A stretch of 43,025 bases of DNA from Promethearchaeota archaeon (GTDB lineage: Archaea > Asgardarchaeota > Lokiarchaeia > Sigyniarchaeales > SOKP01). The DNA is taken from the NCBI GenBank assembly GCA_019894975.1, contig JAGXNO010000034.1, positions 1-43,025 of the forward strand, given 5' to 3'. The notes under the pieces were generated by a model, which did not search any database, was not told where the DNA came from, and was given only the letters and a program-made list of their open reading frames with translations. Shown one piece after another: positions 38,519 to 43,025 of the stretch (the first letter of the stretch is position 1; each line of letters starts with the position of its first letter). The position numbers and the translations under genes were made by a program.

Positions 38519-38875
38519 ATGACTTCTAATTCTTTAAAAGGGATACTGTGGGGAATAGTTTTTTTCTTCACTGCAGTTATCTATAGTGCAATTCCTACCT
38601 ATTTGATTGTCAGATTTTGGGTATGGTTAAATGAATTACCCGTGTATACTCTATCACTATTCATGTTATTTCTTTGGATTGTGGCTATAATAGTTGTCTT
38701 AATTTACATTGTGGCAATGATTCGTGCTTTTATTCAAAGAAAAAGTGAAGATTTAGGAATTCCTAAAGGTGTGAAGGGTTTTGGTTTAATTTCAACCGTG
38801 ATTATAGTAGTTTTTATGGTAATTTGGTATTTTATATTTGGTCAAATAGCTTTTTTCTCTTGGGTTCCACTCTAA
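38519..38875 (+). CDS. Small membrane protein (3 TM), hypothetical
   Basis: 118-aa hydrophobic ORF. Confidence 0.7.
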   Translation: MTSNSLKGILWGIVFFFTAVIYSAIPTYLIVRFWVWLNELPVYTLSLFMLFLWIVAIIVVLIYIVAMIRAFIQRKSEDLGIPKGVKGFGLISTVIIVVFMVIWYFIFGQIAFFSWVPL

Positions 38876-38895
38876 AGAATAAATTTTAGACTATT

Positions 38896-40098
38896 TTATA
38901 GATTTAAGGGATAATTTCCATACTTATGGGTCGCCTCAACCATCCATTTTAAATTTTGAACTTTAACAGCAGGATGCATGTTTGCCGCACTTACCATAAA
39001 ACCACCACCAAGACCACCAGTTTTAATAGCGAATTTAACAGCATCAAAGACTTCTTCTTTTGTTCCGTATGTTAACACATGAGCAATATCAATATTACCC
39101 ATAAGACAAAGTTTATCCCCCACTTTTTTCTTTACTAATGCTAAATCGACACCAGCAGTAGGTTCAAGAGATTGAAGTCCGTCAAATCCACAATCTACAA
39201 TAAAATCTAAAAGTGGTGTTATTTGTCCATCAGAATGGAGAACTATTTTTCCTCCTCGTTCATGTACAGTATCGGTAATTATCTTATATCCCGGAAGAAC
39301 CAATTCTGTGAACTTTTTTGGACTCATCATAGGGCCTGTCTTATACGCAAGGTCTCCTGACTCAACGAATACTTCTGCACCAGCATCCATATAGCTTTTA
39401 TATAATTCTGCGGTAAATTGTGCAATAACGGTATGAACTTCTTTTATAAATCTTGGGTCTTTTCTTACCATCCTTGCATAAAAAGGCCATCCTAGTCCTT
39501 GACAAGCGGCTTCAAAAGTACCCAGATAATCATTAGTAACAATAACGAATATTTTATCATTGTGTTTTTTATTTATTCGTCTAAAGAATTTTTTCACAAT
39601 TTTCCTATATTTATCAATAACAGGGCCTTCTAAGTTTTCTCGAACCTCTTCCCATTTCTCTTTTGAATTTGTAGTACCATATATATAATAGGGATTAAAG
39701 TTGCCTTTGTTATTCAACACTGACCATACTCTGCCATAAACATCCCCTAAAAGCAGTTTTCCATCTTCTTGTTCCCCTAATGCATAAAATGGGATAACTC
39801 CAACTTGCATGGCATCTAGTCCGATTTTTGCCGCAGCTTCAACACATCGAGAAAACACAGATGTTTCAATTCCTTCAATTAAATTACTCATATCTTTAAT
39901 CCAACCATCGGGATTATTTTGTTTCACTTGATTGAGTGTATCGAAATCATCAATTTCAGGCTTTCCAAGAATCTCATCACTATTATTGGCATCAATTAAA
40001 ATTGTATGACATGGTACTCGATCTGGTTCCTCTAAATTAAGGGCAGCAAGAACTCTATCTCTACATTCCAAAAATATATCTCCTTTAGTAAAGTGCAA
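38896..40098 (-). CDS. Uroporphyrinogen-decarboxylase-fold protein (probable methyltransferase)
   Basis: EEPDRVP, GDLAYK.GPMMSP, LHSDG, LMGNID; start may be the TTG about 9 codons in. Confidence 0.88.
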   Translation of the reverse strand: MHFTKGDIFLECRDRVLAALNLEEPDRVPCHTILIDANNSDEILGKPEIDDFDTLNQVKQNNPDGWIKDMSNLIEGIETSVFSRCVEAAAKIGLDAMQVGVIPFYALGEQEDGKLLLGDVYGRVWSVLNNKGNFNPYYIYGTTNSKEKWEEVRENLEGPVIDKYRKIVKKFFRRINKKHNDKIFVIVTNDYLGTFEAACQGLGWPFYARMVRKDPRFIKEVHTVIAQFTAELYKSYMDAGAEVFVESGDLAYKTGPMMSPKKFTELVLPGYKIITDTVHERGGKIVLHSDGQITPLLDFIVDCGFDGLQSLEPTAGVDLALVKKKVGDKLCLMGNIDIAHVLTYGTKEEVFDAVKFAIKTGGLGGGFMVSAANMHPAVKVQNLKWMVEATHKYGNYPLNL

Positions 40099-40140
40099 TT
40101 GATTTAATTAATTATTCAATCGAGAAAAATATAATTAGTT

Positions 40141-41346
40141 TTATTTGGTAACGATCCTGAAGAGTTCTACAAAAATGTCGGGATTCTTTAAAATAAATCT
40201 CACAAGAAAGAATATAACAGTAGGATTTTTTATAAATTTGAAAATGAAGGATTTTGGGAAATCCATATCACCGTAAATATTAATTATTTTCCCGATTTTA
40301 TTACTTTTTATAATTTCAAATAATTTTTTGAATCCTTTATTATCTAACCTTTCCAAAATAACTCTAATTAAATAATGTATTTTAAGTTCTTTTCCAATAG
40401 TTAGTTGGCAAGGCTTTTCATAATGTTTTTTAATTATTTTTTTTGAGAAATTATTAGTTTTAATACATGTTCTAATACAATCAGCAGCATAATGCGCAGC
40501 TGTTAGAAGATTAATTATGCCCCCGCCCGTTGTGGCTTTCACTTGACATCCCGAGTCCCCTAATAACAGGATGTTATTGAATGCAATTTTATTCATAATA
40601 CCGTAAGGAATAAGACCCCCCTGTTGGTCTATCTTGTCATTAATGTCGATTTTATTCTTTTTAAGGAAAAAACGAAAATTTTTCGCTAGATCGTAAGAAC
40701 AAGCCATTCCAATTCGGAAGATACTGTTTCCTTCTGGAACAATCCAACCAAATAGTTCTTTCCATCTTGGATTAAAATACATAACAGCTTCATTTTCATC
40801 AAAATTGGTGGATATTCGAATTTGAGTTGCGAATAAATTTTTATTTTTTACATTCAAAGATTTCGCTATTGGAGACAGCGGACCATCACATCCGACTAAA
40901 ACTTTGACTTTGAATGTCTGTTTAGAAGTCTGAATTAATAACAGCTTTTGGTTTTTTTCTTTAATACGTTTGTAAGATTTGAACTTTTCTCCAAGGTATA
41001 TTTGAATGTTTTTACGCTTCCTAACCTTGTTATAGAAAAAGAAATCAAGAGCAGTTCTATCAATTATATATGGTTTTTCCTTACCTGATAATTTAATAAA
41101 TCGTCCCCCAGGAGCAACAATTCTAGCTATATTCACTCTATTTAACACAATTTCCTTGGGTAGGTCAATTAACTTACTTAATTTCTGAGAAACGATCCCT
41201 GCACATTGAAGGGGAAACCCAACTTGTTCATGTTCTTCAATAACTATGATATTTAAATTCGTATTAGACAATAAATAACATAAATAATTCCCAGCAATAC
41301 TTGCACCTACAATACAAATATCAAAATTATCAATTTCTCTATCCAT
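40141..41346 (-). CDS. Geranylgeranyl reductase family FAD oxidoreductase
   Basis: IVGASIAG, PLQCAG, GCDG, FGWIVP and GDSG.QVKATTGGGI. Confidence 0.88.
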   Translation of the reverse strand: MDREIDNFDICIVGASIAGNYLCYLLSNTNLNIIVIEEHEQVGFPLQCAGIVSQKLSKLIDLPKEIVLNRVNIARIVAPGGRFIKLSGKEKPYIIDRTALDFFFYNKVRKRKNIQIYLGEKFKSYKRIKEKNQKLLLIQTSKQTFKVKVLVGCDGPLSPIAKSLNVKNKNLFATQIRISTNFDENEAVMYFNPRWKELFGWIVPEGNSIFRIGMACSYDLAKNFRFFLKKNKIDINDKIDQQGGLIPYGIMNKIAFNNILLLGDSGCQVKATTGGGIINLLTAAHYAADCIRTCIKTNNFSKKIIKKHYEKPCQLTIGKELKIHYLIRVILERLDNKGFKKLFEIIKSNKIGKIINIYGDMDFPKSFIFKFIKNPTVIFFLVRFILKNPDIFVELFRIVTK

Positions 41347-41437
41347 TATGAGATTTTATGTTAATAATAAATTAGAACTTTTAGGAAAAATTAGAATTGA
41401 AGTAAACTTACTTTTATTAAAATCTGTTGAAATAGAT

Positions 41438-42475
41438 TTAGAGTGAATAGAATTTCTTATAGTAAACCAGTTCCTCTTCTGGAATTTCTCGATATCCTAA
41501 TGATGTCATCATCCCATAAACAATTCCAAGGGAAATTCCTGATAAAACAGGACTGTGATCCATGGATAAATCAGTTCGATGGAGTAAAAAAGATTCCATC
41601 TTTTTCAACACGTATGAGGTCTCAGGTTTCTCTTTATAATATTTTATTATTTTTTCTCTAAATTTTTTCATATAGGATTTATGTTCTAAAAATAAAGTTC
41701 TAACATTTTGCTCTCCATTAACAAGCCCAAAATGCCCAAATCCCGCTTTTAAGGGTGTTAATTTCTCAAGGTTATTTAATGTATCCATATACTTCTCATT
41801 ATTATAAAAAATAGGCATAGATGTAGGCATTGTAACCAATTCTGATGAATGATATATTGTACCTACCGCTTCCCCGAAATGGATAAAATCTAATTTCCCT
41901 TCTTTAATAAATCCGGGACATTGATGATCAGGAGTATGTCCTGGTGTATCATATATAACCAATTCAACTTCAGAACCATTACTATGAAAAAGAAAACTAT
42001 TTTCAAGATCATCGGAATTAGTATGATAATTAGTATTGGGGTAAATGATTTGAAAGGCTGATTCTTCTATTGGTTTCATAACACCTGTTAAGTCACCATA
42101 AGTTCTTTTTCCTCGTTTTAAATGAAGATGAAAGTCATTTAGTAATTCTTTTGTAATAGTATTTGTAAGAATCTTTACATCTGGATTGTGTTTTTTTATT
42201 TCCTCATATAGTTTCCATAAACCTCCTACATGATCGAAATGATGGTGAGTGGTAATCAAATACTTAAATGATGATAGAGGAACGTTGATTTTGTTAAAAT
42301 ATCTTAGAGTTCTATTTATATCTAAAGATGAACCACAATCTATTAATACTGAACCATCATCAAATTCTCCTAGAAAAAGAGATAGCATTCGATTGGTGCC
42401 ATAACTTAAAGCATCAATATGATGGAGATATTCATTTACTTTTCCAGAATTAAGTGTAATTAATTCTTTTACCAT
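41438..42475 (-). CDS. Metallo-beta-lactamase-fold hydrolase
   Basis: THHHFDHVGG, TPGHTPDH and GHFG. Confidence 0.9.
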   Translation of the reverse strand: MVKELITLNSGKVNEYLHHIDALSYGTNRMLSLFLGEFDDGSVLIDCGSSLDINRTLRYFNKINVPLSSFKYLITTHHHFDHVGGLWKLYEEIKKHNPDVKILTNTITKELLNDFHLHLKRGKRTYGDLTGVMKPIEESAFQIIYPNTNYHTNSDDLENSFLFHSNGSEVELVIYDTPGHTPDHQCPGFIKEGKLDFIHFGEAVGTIYHSSELVTMPTSMPIFYNNEKYMDTLNNLEKLTPLKAGFGHFGLVNGEQNVRTLFLEHKSYMKKFREKIIKYYKEKPETSYVLKKMESFLLHRTDLSMDHSPVLSGISLGIVYGMMTSLGYREIPEEELVYYKKFYSL

Positions 42476-42555
42476 AAAACAAGTAATTATGAATTACATA
42501 ATAATTATTTTATTGACGTAGATAAAGGATAAGAAAAATAATTAAAAAAGATAAG

Positions 42556-43023
42556 TTATAAATCGAGTTGCTGACGCCATAGTTTCATTTTTGATTTTAG
42601 ATCTTCTTTCTCTGATGGATTGAGTAAACTAGTAGTACCTTTCAAATCATTACATTCAGTATGGATGTTCTTTAAAACGCTATTATACCCTTTGCGTTTG
42701 ACGAATTCACTCTGAAATTTTTCTAAAGATGTGGAAATCTCAAGACCTGTTTTATTCTCTAATTTATTCATTATACTATCAAATAATGTAACTAAGAAAG
42801 ATGGAGCTCTTACTTCACCGATTTCTTTTTCAAGTTCTTTAGCTATAGGTTCAGGTGATGGTGGAATCGTAAGAGGTTTTTCTGGTCTGCGAGGTGGTGG
42901 AGTTATTTCTTCTGATTCTCTGGAGAGAGAAGATTTAATATCACGCATAATCTCTTTTCTTGCGCCTACCCAAGCATCCTCGAGTATGGGTACGAAGATC
43001 TTGATGTGTTCTTCAATTATACT
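42556..43023 (-). CDS. 5'-partial hypothetical protein with proline-rich linker and C-terminal helical domain
   Basis: Frame stays open to the window edge (SIIEEHIKIFVPILEDAW..MRD); TPPPRRPEKPLTIPPSPEP linker. Confidence 0.7.
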   Translation of the reverse strand, partial: SIIEEHIKIFVPILEDAWVGARKEIMRDIKSSLSRESEEITPPPRRPEKPLTIPPSPEPIAKELEKEIGEVRAPSFLVTLFDSIMNKLENKTGLEISTSLEKFQSEFVKRKGYNSVLKNIHTECNDLKGTTSLLNPSEKEDLKSKMKLWRQQLDL

Positions 43024-43025
43024 CC

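Overview
AT-rich archaeal chromosome segment, most likely Asgard archaea (Lokiarchaeia). This is inferred from an Asgard-type profilin domain, a longin/uDENN-like plus small-GTPase fusion, a C-terminal TM/basic-tail surface protein, geranylgeranyl reductase, GGTGA ribosome-binding sites and oligo-T terminators. The main signal is one the ORF track misses: a selenoprotein cassette at 8901-12689. HdrA (8901-10880) reads through three in-frame TGA codons and MvhD (10895-11353, absent from the track) reads through two. All five TGAs sit at conserved Cys positions. They are followed by a single eukaryote-style SECIS hairpin (AUGA...GA core, A-rich loop, 11361-11434) and an FdhB/FrhB-like gene. Upstream lie Fe-alcohol dehydrogenase, tungsten aldehyde:ferredoxin oxidoreductase and an esterase-like PKD protein; downstream lie a corrinoid protein and a methyltransferase. 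The window starts inside a GC-richer LVIVD beta-propeller surface protein with 126-bp repeats that vary at defined loops, followed by about 1.5 kb of gene remnants. The rest is mixed metabolic genes plus eukaryotic-signature-like genes (extended profilin, pseudo-GTPase fusion), a class I GAPDH and a serine hydrolase with an inserted SCP2-like domain. No rRNA, tRNA, CRISPR array or intact mobile element was seen.
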